64,000 bases of DNA from assembly GCA_030141605.1 (NCBI GenBank), contig JAQGDQ010000060.1, positions 62,001 through 126,000 on the forward strand. Direction: 5' to 3'. The translations under genes were made by a program, and so were the position numbers. Within the stretch, counting starts at the first letter, position 1. Every line of letters begins with the position of its first letter. The stretch is from Tubiluchus corallicola. Its lineage: Eukaryota > Animalia > Priapulida. Under the pieces are notes generated by a model that saw only the letters and a list, made by a program, of their open reading frames with translations, ran no database searches and was not told the DNA's origin. Shown here piece by piece: positions 1 through 11,701 of this stretch.

Positions 1-534
1 GATACATGGGGTGCGGAATTGCTTGTCAAAGCTAGGGTTGGTGCATTAGAAGTATTGGGAAATCCCTTGTATGCTTGAAAAGTAGATTACTGCATAGAAA
101 AAAAAACTTTGTAAATGTAGTAAAGATATTGAAACTGCAGAACACATAATATTAAGTTGCAAATTTTACACACAGATGAGAAACAAGGTCCCTTGGCAAG
201 AAGTAACTGATGAAGAATGCTTGAGATGGCTGTTATTTGGAGAGGGAAAAATTTATGCAGTCTGCCTACTGAGGGACATAATGGTCAAAAGAAGAAGCAT
301 AGTGAATGTATAACTTTACAGCTGAAAAGATAAAGAGTAATATATATTTAGCTGTGCATAACGGCAGTACAACATTTATAAACCCAAATTTGTTTTGTGT
401 TGTTGTAGCATAGAGCAAGCATATGAGTGCGCCTTCACGTTTTTGAGTAGAAATCAGCTTAGTAGTACAATATACATTGCTCCTCGCCCTGATATAAAAG
501 GGATTTAGGCACCGGACAGATGGATGGATGGATG
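1..534 (+). mobile_element. 3' end of a degenerate non-LTR retrotransposon (LINE ORF2 C-terminus, 3' UTR, microsatellite tail), truncated by window start
   Basis: Reading across one stop and a slip in the A-run near 98-106 gives DTWGAELLVKARVGALEV...LCKCSKDIETAEHIILSCKFYTQMR...WLLFG...RRSIVNV* (TAA 311-313). CxC...ETxEHxxxxC is the CCHC knuckle typical of LINE ORF2 C-termini. A (GGAT)n tail follows at ~519-534. Confidence 0.75.
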
Positions 535-1317
535 ATTAATAAGTTGGTAAGACATAAGACAACGGCAACTGTATTTCACGGCGTTGGACAAACAGTCAAT
601 ATCAAAATAATGAAGTGCAAAGATACGAAAGAAGTGAAACAGCGGTTTGCAAAATGCAAAGCACCACAGAACGACAAAACGTGAAAAAGGCTTTTATGAA
701 AAATTGCAATGGTCTGCGCCTCTCTGCTACTAATCTAGTATTTTCTACTGCTTTCTGTCTGCTGCACTACATTGCTGTAAAACAGGCACTCCATGTCACC
801 TTAAATTTAGTGAAAAGGCCTCGCCGGCAAACTTTAAAATTGTTTCTTGTAAGTTAGCCAAAGTCACAATATTTAAGTCAGACGACCTTTCAGTTTCTTT
901 CTGAAGATCAACAATTTTTGTGACCTTTCTGAATCTAACACGCAACTTCATTTAGTTAATCGAATAATTCACTAAAATTTAAAATTTGCAAAAATAACAA
1001 ATATCCTCGTGTAGAATGCAATCATAAATAAATTACACATTACACTAAATATTTCTTCGTAAAATACAGACACATTAGAGTGGAATACAGCATGCAAATT
1101 ATTATGCGCAAAATGCTTGCGCAGTGAACTGAAAATCAAAATTTTCGTTCATCAAACTAAATTAATATTTTATTATAAATGTAAGACAATTTTATTTAAA
1201 AAAATATAAGCTTGAAACATAAGGCAAACTGAAAACTAAATTTTAAATATAAATTTTCTAAATTGATTATTTTTTCTGTTTTTTTTTCAACTTTTTCTGA
1301 CAACACCTCACTAAAGT

Positions 1318-1360
1318 TAATATGGCGGCCACCACACAAGCAATTTTTTTCTTATTGCAG
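1318..1360 (+). promoter_or_regulatory. Probable first (leader) exon / TSS-proximal region of the triple-HTH gene
   Basis: YY1-like AATATGGCGG around ATG 1322 and CAG|GTAAAA donor at 1360/1361; downstream acceptor TTTTACATTGCAG at 1877. The 1360 junction also reads as an acceptor, so the assignment is uncertain. Confidence 0.4.
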
Positions 1361-1909
1361 GTAAAACAGAATTGCGCGTAATTATCATTGTTGTAGAGTA
1401 TAATTTTTACCATATGCTTATTCAAGATGTGGTATCTTACGTAAAATTTATGTAAAAATGAATATTTAAATTAAAAACTTTACATCTGTGAGAAAGTCTG
1501 TTTTCTTACCTTTGTTTCAATTTGCCTTATTTTCAAAATGGAGAATGCAATAAAATATTTTAACATTTCTGTGTTAATGAATAAGTTAATTGCATGTGCA
1601 TTGTTAAGAGACTTTTTCCGCCAAGTAAGGTGTATGCTACAAGTCTACTGTTTAGTCTCGTATAATAACCCCTATTAAGTATCAAGTATTATACGTTTTA
1701 TCAGAATAATTATTGAAAGCACAGCTAGGATTTGAGTTCCATTCGTGAAATCTAATTGCAGTATTATGCTATCAGTCACATGACTTTTCATTATATTTAT
1801 TCAGTGACTGAAGACAATTTAAGTTAATGAATTACCATCTTAATGCCCTGTTTTAATAACTTAATTTTACATTGCAGATTTTTTTAAATTAGTTACTGAA
1901 TTTACAAGT

Positions 1910-4900
1910 ATGGCATCTGGACGATTAGAAGTCAACCATCATGCTGCAACGACCTTACCAGATAATCAAGTGTTGCCTGGACAAGCATTTGGTCCAAATC
2001 ATTCAGACATACAGCCAGATGCTAATTCAGATGAGTTGCTAAATTCTGGTTCAGCATCAGAAAGTCTGCAAGAATCTGAGGCAAAGTGTACTGGCTCGTC
2101 AAGACGCAAACTAAAATGCCCTAGAAAGCTTATAACACGGTCTGCATTTTTGCGCGAACCGGAACAGTGCCAAATTAGCTCTAGCGAATCTCTGCAATCA
2201 TCTTATTTAGTGAGGAATATTCTAGATAATTATGAACAGTTGGAAATCGAGCCTGTCGGTGATAGTTTACAAAGCGATCAAGGATGTTCTGAAACGAATG
2301 GTAGAGATATTGATGCAGAGTTTGCCAATAGTATCAACACCGGTGAGATATCAATGGAGAATGAAACTGTTGTAAACTCTGATGATGAAGTGGTAATTCC
2401 AAAATATGAGCTCGGAAGGCGGTTCAACCTGCGAAAATCTTACAGCAGAGAAGAAAAGCTCCGGGCTATAGATTGGTATTTCCAAAATGGGCAGAACAAA
2501 TACAGGACATGCAAGCACTTCTCATTAAATACTCGCACACTTGGTAAGTGGATTGCTGCCGAGGAAAAGATTCGTCAAGGTGATACCACGCCTCACGATG
2601 AAGCTGAAGCTGCCGCTGCAGAACTGAAAAATCTTCACCAAGAGTTGTACAAGTTTTATAAGACAGAAATTGATCGACGAGAAGGCGACGAGTCGTGTTT
2701 AACGGACACGTGGTTGAAGGAAAAGTCGGAGACGCTGGCTCAGAAGCTATGTCCAGAACAGGATTTTCAGTTCAGTACGGATTGGTTAACAGAGTGGAGG
2801 CAGAGATACATAGAAGGTATTTAAAATTCTGTGTAAATCAGGCAGGTCACAAAAAATTGTTTCTGTCTTGCCTCATGAGCTCAAACAATGTCAGTAGAGA
2901 GACAGGAAATTTTTTTTTCAAACTTTGTGAATGTTTAAAGCTGAATGGTGGAATATTTGAAATCAGTTGAAAGCAAAGTTTGTTTATTTCCCACTGGTTA
3001 GCAGTAATGTTTTAAACACTTTCAATGCACGCTTTGTTTTTTAGTTTCGCATTACTAAATTGTCGTATAATTATCGATTATTGTATAGTCTCTTTTTTGT
3101 ATCATGAACACGCGTATGTATAAGCGGCAACACTACTCCGCCGTTAACAATTTGGCAAGAAATTTGGTACTTTTCAACCTCCAATACAATGAGCATCATA
3201 CAAAACGGCAACCCTGGCCGAGAGTTAGCCTTGGAAAAACATGGCCACGTCCTGCATTCCCCGAAAGAACGATGTTATAATAATTGTGTTTTACATTTTA
3301 AATTACAAAAATACGCTACAAAAAAATTGTAAAATTCCCAGCTGGGTGTACGATAAAAAAACAATCCGGGCGACTAGACAGAAACAGAAGTATTTTTATT
3401 GTCGATCTTAAAATGCAAATTATTTGTAAGGTGTAACTTTTATTTTCTGAGTGCAATAAAACTCTGTGAGCCAATGGAGGATTTTCAGAAAATTTCCATT
3501 TTTATTGATTCCTGCAAACTGACTAATTTGTTGCTTAAAGAAAACAGTTAATTCCTTCACTTTACTATATAACTGGCCATATTAAATTTATTGATTTTTT
3601 GGCCGACAATTGAGATTTTGGGTGTTTGTAGCGAGTATAGTGATGATGTAATTTTCAAACAATTACAGAGTGATTTTAAAGCAAAACCGCACCCGATCTT
3701 AAACTATAGGTAAAAACAGTCTTTGAAAAATATTGAAAGGAAACACTATTTTTTTCAAAAATGACTCAAGTGAAAGAACTATTGTCAGACAAACACATTT
3801 TCGCATTCGTGCGACTAGTTCTTTGCTGTTACATGCATTTTGCCATTTACTAGTTAGACGGACATTAGCACCATTGTATAAAAAACTGGTGCTGTACCTT
3901 TCAGTTCAGATGTGTTAGTTTGTGACGAACTACACATGTTCCACAGCTCATGTGTGAGCATAGCGGTAAATTTGAAATTTGAATTTTTGTCTTAAAACTT
4001 TTAGTACAACACACTGAATATCTTACAGTAGCACCGTACTTCAACTTTCGCTTTCGCATACACGTGCAACACGATCATGGAAATTTTTTGTTGGTGAAAA
4101 TTATGTTGGTTTTTGATGTCATCAATAGTTGGACTCACCTACCATTAATTAAGTTTTTAATCTATTATTTAATTATTAGAAACGCTTTTGCAGTATTGAT
4201 TGTGTTAAAATGTATACTTTTTATCGTACTTGAAAATGGTGTAGTATATGAAAAATCATCCTGTCTTCCTTTCATGATACGCAATCATATAGTTGAACAT
4301 CCAAGCTAATTATCATAATGTTACTAATTAGATGTTATTATGACTGTGAATGCCAGAATATAATAACCATCATCATCATAATATGTAGGAACTTTCACAA
4401 CTTCAAAGTCTGTTAACATTTTTTTTACCTTTTAGATGCAAAAGGCTTGGACCAGCAGCAAGCAATGTCGCCCGAACCGCCAGTCGAGCTAAAAATCCCT
4501 TCTGTTCCGTACTCCGGCTTCCGTAAACGGGGCCGCCCCAGAAAGAGCGACATGCAGCTCTTTGGATGTGAGACAGACGATCCTACGGTCAGCCACTGCA
4601 GCATACCGAGTGCTTTCGCCAGTCTTGATGAAGATAACGAGCTACGCCGCGAAGCCGAGAAGCTGGAAAAGGCTCTCTTTGGCCACGAAAAGAAGCTGAT
4701 AACTGAGTTCATGAAAGAATATCCCAACATTCCATCTTCTCATTCGGGAAGTCGACCATCAAGTCTGCATTCCAGCTTTCCAAATTCTAATTTTCCATTT
4801 GACCTATCATCGCTCTGGACAGAAAGTCTAAAATTTTCCGGTCGTAATGGTTTCTTGGGTGCGCCTGCGCTGACCGATCACCGTATCGAGCGACTTCTTC

Positions 4901-7900
4901 CAACTTCTAATTCGGGCAAGACGCCTCCATTGTCAAATGCTTCCTTATTGGCCAGTCTTAATCAATTTGTTCCTCCTGATACATCTCTGACTCAACCACA
5001 AATGTCTACCAGCTTAAAAACGTCTGATACACCTGCTTCAGACATTGATGGAGCATCTAAAACTGATGTTGGGTACGACGACATTCCGGCTAGGTACAGT
5101 ATCGGTCGAAGTCGCAACCATCGCAAATCATATACGAGGGAGGAAAAGTTGCGTGTTTTAGATTGGTACTATACGCACGGTGAGAATAAATATCGAACTT
5201 GTAAGGTTTTCAATTTGAACACTCGCATGCTTGGAAAATGGGTGAAAGCCGAAGGGAAAATACGCAGCAGTCGTCATGGCGCTATGAAGGTAACATCTAT
5301 TTTTTTGTTATTTCCTACTGAGGTATTTCGTAAATAGATAATGTTATGCAGTTATGCGGTGGGGTTCGTAGCCAGATCGTCTTGCGAAAATGGTAGCATC
5401 CTCAGAGCCATAGCCTTGAATCTTATGTTGAATATATTATGTTAAAATTGATACTTTTTATCGTACTTGAAAATGGTGTAATATATGAAATACGTGTATA
5501 TATATATATATGTATACATACTACATACATACGTACGTACGTACGTATGTACGTGTATCCAGAAACTGCCAGAATTAATTATAAGATTTATAATCTTACC
5601 TGTTTAGCTCCTACATCAAACTTCAGAAAGTCTTCACTGAAATTTTTTCATTAGTGCACTAATTTATAAAGTGTTCTGTTTGCCCGCCTCTTGTCTTCAT
5701 ATCTCATTCCGTTGGTTAGAGAAATTGTGTAACACATTTGCCTTCAGTGATACGTGCTTTTGTGCAGATTACTTACTGTTTCGTAGATTTATCATCCATA
5801 ACTACAGACATGATGTTTCGTGGATGATAATTTAGCTTTTATTTATTTTCTAATTTTCTTAATTTCTGAAGTGGTCTCCCACTTTTTTGTTATTATATTT
5901 CCAAGAACTTATTGTAACTTCTGTTGGTTTGTTATGCTACTTTACTGGCAAAATACCACAACATTTAGCTGCTGTAACGATACACCTAACTCAAGATAAG
6001 ATGCACGTCACAATACAGTTAGCGTTTGCAGGTTTTATGTAAAAACTAGATGAAGCCATTGATAATAAATGCTAAACATATTTTATCAATCAATACTTTT
6101 AGGATTTTTAACCGCCAAAATTACTCGATAAACTGTTTGATTTTATTTACTTGTGTAATGTGTAGGATATTGTTTCCATTGTAAGCCACCGGAAAAGCAA
6201 AACATTTCAATACTTTAAGTTTAAAAGTTGCTTGTGTTCTGAATTACATTTGCCATTTCACAAGTTTATATGTAAACAATGTAATTAACCTACTACACAT
6301 TAATTACCTTGCCGTTTCAACCACATTGGCTGCTAGCTTTGTCTGTGTTAAGTCAACTACTGCTCACTGCATGAATTGACAGGTATCTACAGTAAATTCT
6401 ACAGCTGCGGTTTGAATTACTTCAAATTGTTTTTATCAGCATAAGATGAAGCGTGTGCTAATTTGCTAAATATCATTGACTCAGGTTATCACAATACGGG
6501 TGCACTTTGGCGATATGCATATTGTAATGAAAGCTATCGTGATAAGCTATCAAAAGCTATACATGGGTGTATCGTTACAAGCCTATTAACATTATTGCGT
6601 GATTACGCTTAATACTTATAGTTTAATTCTCAGCTGCACTATGTATGTGAATAAGACTCAACTAAGTTTCAATTGAATCAGCACTTAACAACTGAACAAA
6701 TTTTAGGTTGGTAGCGGCAGGCGTCCATTTTGGCGTGACATGGAAGACGAGTTATACAGAATGTACCTGGCAAAAGTTGAAGAAGTTGGCCACGAGAGGG
6801 CAGTACCGCAAGCTTGGTTTCGCACAAAATCCGAAGAACTCATGCAACATTTACATCCCGAAGCGCAGTTCAAGTTTTCATACAACTGGCTGGAGGGATT
6901 CAAAACTCGCTATATAAGTAGGTGTAAATCTTTCGTTTTTTGGCTTTTTGATTTCAGTGGTGCGATTGCAAACCAAAACCGTCCACAAGTCGGCATAGTT
7001 AAAATTACGTGATGATGCGTCCAAGTAGAATACACCAAAAATTTTCTCAAATGTCGATTTTTCATGTTTTATAAAAATCAACGCTAAATATATTAGACTT
7101 CTATATTCTAGCATCAAATTATCAAGTTATTATCACAATTTATTTTATAACTCTTTACTTACTTTTCTGTCTAGAAACTAGTACTGCAATTGTAAAATTT
7201 TGTATTTTCAAACTTAGATAGTAGCTTGTGGAAGCAGTAGTTTTGCTTCGAGTTTTTTCTGGTGACAAGACCAGATCTTCATCAGGAAGATCCATCTACT
7301 GGATTTAAACATAACTTCCGTATGCTCTTATAAAGTCAATAGCAACCGCACTTTCATACGGTTACTAAGAATTTTGTAGAAACGCGACAAAAAACAATGG
7401 CTGACTTTTGAAATTTTCTCAGGACTGTTGTGTTTTTCACTGCATAACCTGCACCTCAACTTTAACGTGGATTATCTCGGCTTAGAAATAACATAGAGCG
7501 ATGAGCTTGGTATCAAAATGATCCTCATGAGATGGAGATTCAGGACATGTGAATAACTAGAAAAGCTTAATTGCCGACTTATAGAAGATTTTGCTGTGCA
7601 AGCACACAGTGTGCATTATCAATTGAACAAAAGCCTTTTTGTGAAGCAAATTTGAAACAGTAGTTATCAAGTTCGGGACAATAGTGCGTACAGACTTTAG
7701 ATTTTTACTTGATTTACAGTAGGCGCTGCTTAATAGACTCACTTTGGGACCGAAGTGTTTTGACCCAATTAACCGAATGAGCCTATTAACCGATGGGTGT
7801 AGTATTACTGGTATAGAAGTATGAGTCACCAGCTTACTAAGTGAATTAGCAATAAATTAAAAAGTATACTTTTTTGAATCACACAAGTCTGTTTATTTGC

Positions 7901-9800
7901 AAAAATTACAAAAATTCATTTAAAGTCGGCTGCTTCATTTTATCGTGAAGAAGTTCGCCCACAAAATTCTTAAAATGACAAAAACGTTGAAAATCTGTTT
8001 TTATGTGAAGCACAAATTCTCGTAAAATACTCAGTGCCTGGCGTGCTTAAACTATTGGTGGTGCCTGTGTTTCCCCGCAACTTCGTCTGTAATTTCGACT
8101 AAGTTCCTGCTTGCTGTAATTGTGACGTACTTACTGTATTGTACCTGCATCCCTGGCATAAACAGCAACATCTAACTGATTAAACTTTCTGGCAAAGACT
8201 ACCAGAGCTTCAAAAGCAAACCGCTGAACAAGTGATTAAATGTTTAGCTTCCAGGAATTCTTGGGTAACGAGGTTAATTGCAGTGGACCAGCGAGTCAAA
8301 GCAAACCATTAGGCTAGCATAATTAGGGTATGCTAAACGTTCCTGCTTACAAATAAAATGGTACTTAACATGATTGTTTCTATGTATATTATAGGACAAA
8401 AGCGAACTAAGATGATATAAAAATCGTAAAAGTTTATAAGTCACACGAAGTGTCTCATTGAAGCATGTGAAGGAAAAATATTGAGTCAATTATGCGGAAT
8501 TATTTGAGTCAATTACCGATAGCTTTTATGTATATTTGAATAGAAGCGGCCCGTTTCAGGCGTTTTTCAGTCAATTAAATGATGGATTCTATTAACCGTG
8601 AAGCTATTAAGCGGCACCTACTGTATAAATATATGTATAAACTATTACTTCATAAATGTAAATGCAATTCTTGTTCACTTTACTTGTAATTGATATACTT
8701 TGTGTTTATATATTGCAGAGAGAGCCATTGATCTTCTCCCAGACCCCCTACCCGCCGAGACGGAGGTTGGCTCCACCACATTGACCACGAGTGCCAGTAG
8801 CAGCTCCTCTTCTGCCAGCGAAGCTTTCACTAATCTGCCCCACGCCGCCACTCCGCAATCACCACAATCTTCTCACAGCAATTCATGCTCTCCGGCACCG
8901 CCAGACTGCAGCACCAGCGCACCGGGGACAGCTAGCACAGGTAGCCAAGCCAACCAGACTACAGGTAACAATATTAATCTGCCAACATTCCCTGGAGGTA
9001 TATTTAATTTTCCGGGTTTTGGTGGGTTTAACTCGCATTTCAACACGCTTTCCATGCTAATGTTAGCTAGCCAGTTAGGAGCAGTAAATTACGGGGCCAA
9101 TTTGAATGCACCAGGCCAAGTTTCAATGACCGGAATGCCGTCGTCGTCGTTTCCTCCGCCGTCTCTTGCTTTATTACCCGGCGTTGGCAATTTGGCAACA
9201 CCAGCCGGATCTGACAATCATGGAAATCAGTTTGGCTCAGATCAATTCAGTGCCAGGGCTTCCACTTCTAAAAGCTTACCAGTAAACTTGCCGCTTCCAG
9301 CGTCACTGAATGGGAGCGATGCACGCACAAACGACCAAACATCTGAGCCTGAAGGTAGCGGAACAGATGATGCACACATGGAGCAATTTGATGTCGGACA
9401 GCAGAAAGTTCATCGTAAATCGTACACTCGCGAAGAAAAGATCCAAGTTCTTGATTGGTTCCACAATAATGGCAGAAACAAGTACAAAACTAGTAAAATG
9501 TTCACAATGAATATCCGCACGCTGGCGAAATGGATAAGAGCAGAGGACAAGATCCGGCGGAGTCGCCAAGGCTCCATGAAATCCGGAAGTGGTCGTCGCC
9601 CGTTTTGGGCCGATATGGAGAACGAGTTACTGCGTGAGTATCGCAAGGAGGGCCAGCGCAGAGGGGGTGCTAAAAATATTCCACAAAACTGGTTTGAGAA
9701 GCGATCGGAGGAACTAATGAAACAAATGCACCCAGACCAGCAGTTTATATTCTCTGCACAGTGGTTAGAGCGTTTCAAGAAACGACATGCTTTGCCATGA
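1910..9800 (+). CDS. Pogo/Tigger transposase-derived DNA-binding protein with three (Brinker-like HTH + CENP-B/Tc5-like HTH) modules and an AT-hook; CDS join(1910..2816,4436..5289,6707..6917,8719..9800), 1017 aa
   Basis: All introns are GT-AG with matching phases (1,0,1); the exons sum to 3054 nt with no internal stop. RKSY(S/T)REEK..DW....G.NKY.T.K.F..N.R.L.KW..AE.KIR occurs at 2432-2575, 5122-5265 and 9414-9557. Each is followed by a CENP-B-like HTH (EL...Y...W...KSE.L...PE..F.FS..WL...R). AT-hook RKRGRPRK at 4522-4545. No DDE domain. The exon starting at 1878 is also open upstream of the ATG, so the start could extend. Confidence 0.85.
3830..4255. repeat. Diverged dispersed repeat (related copies at ~5433-5490 and ~51880-52230)
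   Basis: Shared blocks such as CACATGTT...GTAAA(T/C)TTGAAATTT and ATACTTTTTATCGTACTTGAAAATGGTGTA. Boundaries are approximate. Confidence 0.45.
5966..6585. mobile_element. hAT (Ac-like) MITE in intron 2 of the triple-HTH gene
   Basis: Termini TAGCTGCTGTAACGATACACC / GGTGTATCGTTACAAGCCTA; degenerate 8-bp TSD ACAACATT/TTAACATT. Confidence 0.6.
6959..7608 (-). mobile_element. Unclassified non-autonomous TIR element, family B (~650 bp)
   Basis: Imperfect TIRs TGTGTG..TGCA...CAAAA...CATAAGTCGGCA; homologous over its length to copies at 19075-20136, 20737-21943 and 41587-42240. Strand is relative to the 41587 copy. Confidence 0.75.
7717..8623. mobile_element. Tigger/pogo-like MITE in intron 3 of the triple-HTH gene
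   Basis: TA|CAGTAGGCGCTGCTTAATAG ... CTATTAAGCGGCACCTACTG|TA: 20-bp TIR with 2 mismatches and a TA TSD. Confidence 0.8.
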
Positions 9801-11136
9801 CCTGTTGTAAAAATATAGTTAACCTTGATTTTATAATAGTCGGTAAGTTATGTTGTTGGTTCAGTGTCGATCAACATTGTGACGTAGATCGACTAGGCTT
9901 CGTAACTAGAAAAAAGAGAAAGTTTTTATTGTTTGTCATAATTCAGTTGCCAAATTGCTACATTGATATTTTTAGTGTCTAGAAGCGTGGAACATTGATT
10001 ATCCAAGCTCAAACATCCCGAAAACTCCTGCCTAAAGGGCAAGCGCAAATGGTTTACATTATCTGCCATAAAGCTGGGCTGTTGATCAAAAGCCATAGTA
10101 CACTTTATGTGCAACAAACGTAATCTATGTACAAAGGTAGTTCTCTATGGTTTAAGTCTTGCCAGTTTTTTTTTTTTTTTGGTTTGAATAATCTTGTTTC
10201 CACTACACCAGAGTTTGAGCTTCAAATGCAAAATGAGCCAGACAGTCTGGCAGTCTACTTCATGAGCAAAACATTTGTTATATGGCACCTAGTGCAAGTA
10301 ATGTGGTATTGTCCCACTAAAAAGCTTAATAAAGCCAGAAACCAAGCAGCCATGCTTAAAACTGCACAGATTTTTCTATGTTTACCAGTCTTTCCATAGA
10401 AGTAACATATATTATAATTACGTCTGTGTTACTGCAATATTTTACAATGTGTATGCCTGTGACTCTGTGTATGTGTCGTATTAATGTTAGTCAGAACTTT
10501 TATATAGCCAACGTAAGCGCACATAATGTATAGAATCATGCATAATAATGTACAAAATACTCTTTGGTAATTATCGTTGTAACTAACGATGCCGTTTGTT
10601 TAACTGCAGCTGTTTTTGGATAGTGCAATTATTTCGGTCCGGTTTTTGCGTATAGATGTAATCTTTTTTCTAAACATTTGTTTATTTTTATTGGAGATAA
10701 AATCTCTCTACATTCGTGTTGTACGATAGAACATACAAGTATATGCATTATATAATGTATTATAAGCGATATGCAACGCTGTGCTATCAACCATATTTTA
10801 CACTTCCTCACACATCTCATGTCTCTAATGGTGCCTAACATGATCTTCCATTTGATTTGAGGTTGCAAACAACTGTATTATTACACATTTATTTATTGAT
10901 TTTTCTGTTGTGGCTCATTCCTATCACATTCATATTGCCGTTGATAGCATCTGAATATCGTATAATAGGTCATGCGAACCTAATAACAAGACTGTTTTGA
11001 ACAACTAACACTCGGAAGATATAAAACCTAAACATTTTTTTATGATAGGAAAAGAATTCTGCTTGTGTGATCATGTAAAGGTTTTGCCATAAATGATTTT
11101 TTGAAAACTTTCACAGAACTGGCCTAGTTATTGCTA

Positions 11137-11701
11137 CAGTCAACCTCGGATTTAAGGTGACCGCGGACCAGAAAAAACCGTCCTTTATATCCGATGTCCC
11201 TTATAGCTGAAGTTGAGTTAGACCGAGGATGTATCTAGACCTGTACTTTTGCCCATATTTTTATGGGTTATTCCTACACATTCTGTGCAGATGGTATGTA
11301 GGAAGCTCCTTCAGTGATGCGAGATGTACGTGACGGCGGAAACCGAGCTGTTCGAAGGCCGAGTTTGCGAAAAATTGAGGTTAAAAATCAATCAATTTCG
11401 CTTTGATCATAGGGTTATATGCGAGGTAATTTACCTGGGTTTCTATTACGCGGGACCTGAAGATATCGTCCCTTATAACTAAAAGTCCTTTATATCCAAG
11501 TAGTTCATATACGAAGATTTTTATAAGGAAAAACATTACAAAAAATCCGGACTGGTGTTGGTGGTCCCATATAACCGAAAGTCTCTTATATCCGAGTACC
11601 TTACATAAACGAAGATTTTTACATAGGAAAAACGTTACGAAAAATCGGGACCGGTGTCGGTGGTCCCTTATAAGCGAGTACCTTATACCCGAGGTTGACT
11701 G
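11137..11701. mobile_element. Tigger/pogo-like MITE, family T1 (565 bp)
   Basis: TA|CAGTCAACCTCGG...CCGAGGTTGACTG|TA with repeated subterminal CCTTATA(T/A)CCGA motifs; other copies at 24593 and 30832. Confidence 0.85.

Noticed and set aside
615-857. 80-aa ORF upstream of the triple-HTH gene
   Set aside because: Non-ATG start, no recognisable motif, and no convincing phase-1 donor linking it to the exon at 1878.
8791-9778. Alternative-frame and antisense ORFs over real exons (also 4425-4730, 54289-55594, 61412-63570)
   Set aside because: Shadows of GC-richer coding sequence with no recognisable domains or splice support.
1910-9800. Three independent transposase genes or active pogo elements
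   Set aside because: No DDE domain and no flanking TIR/TSD; in-phase GT-AG junctions join all parts into one frame.
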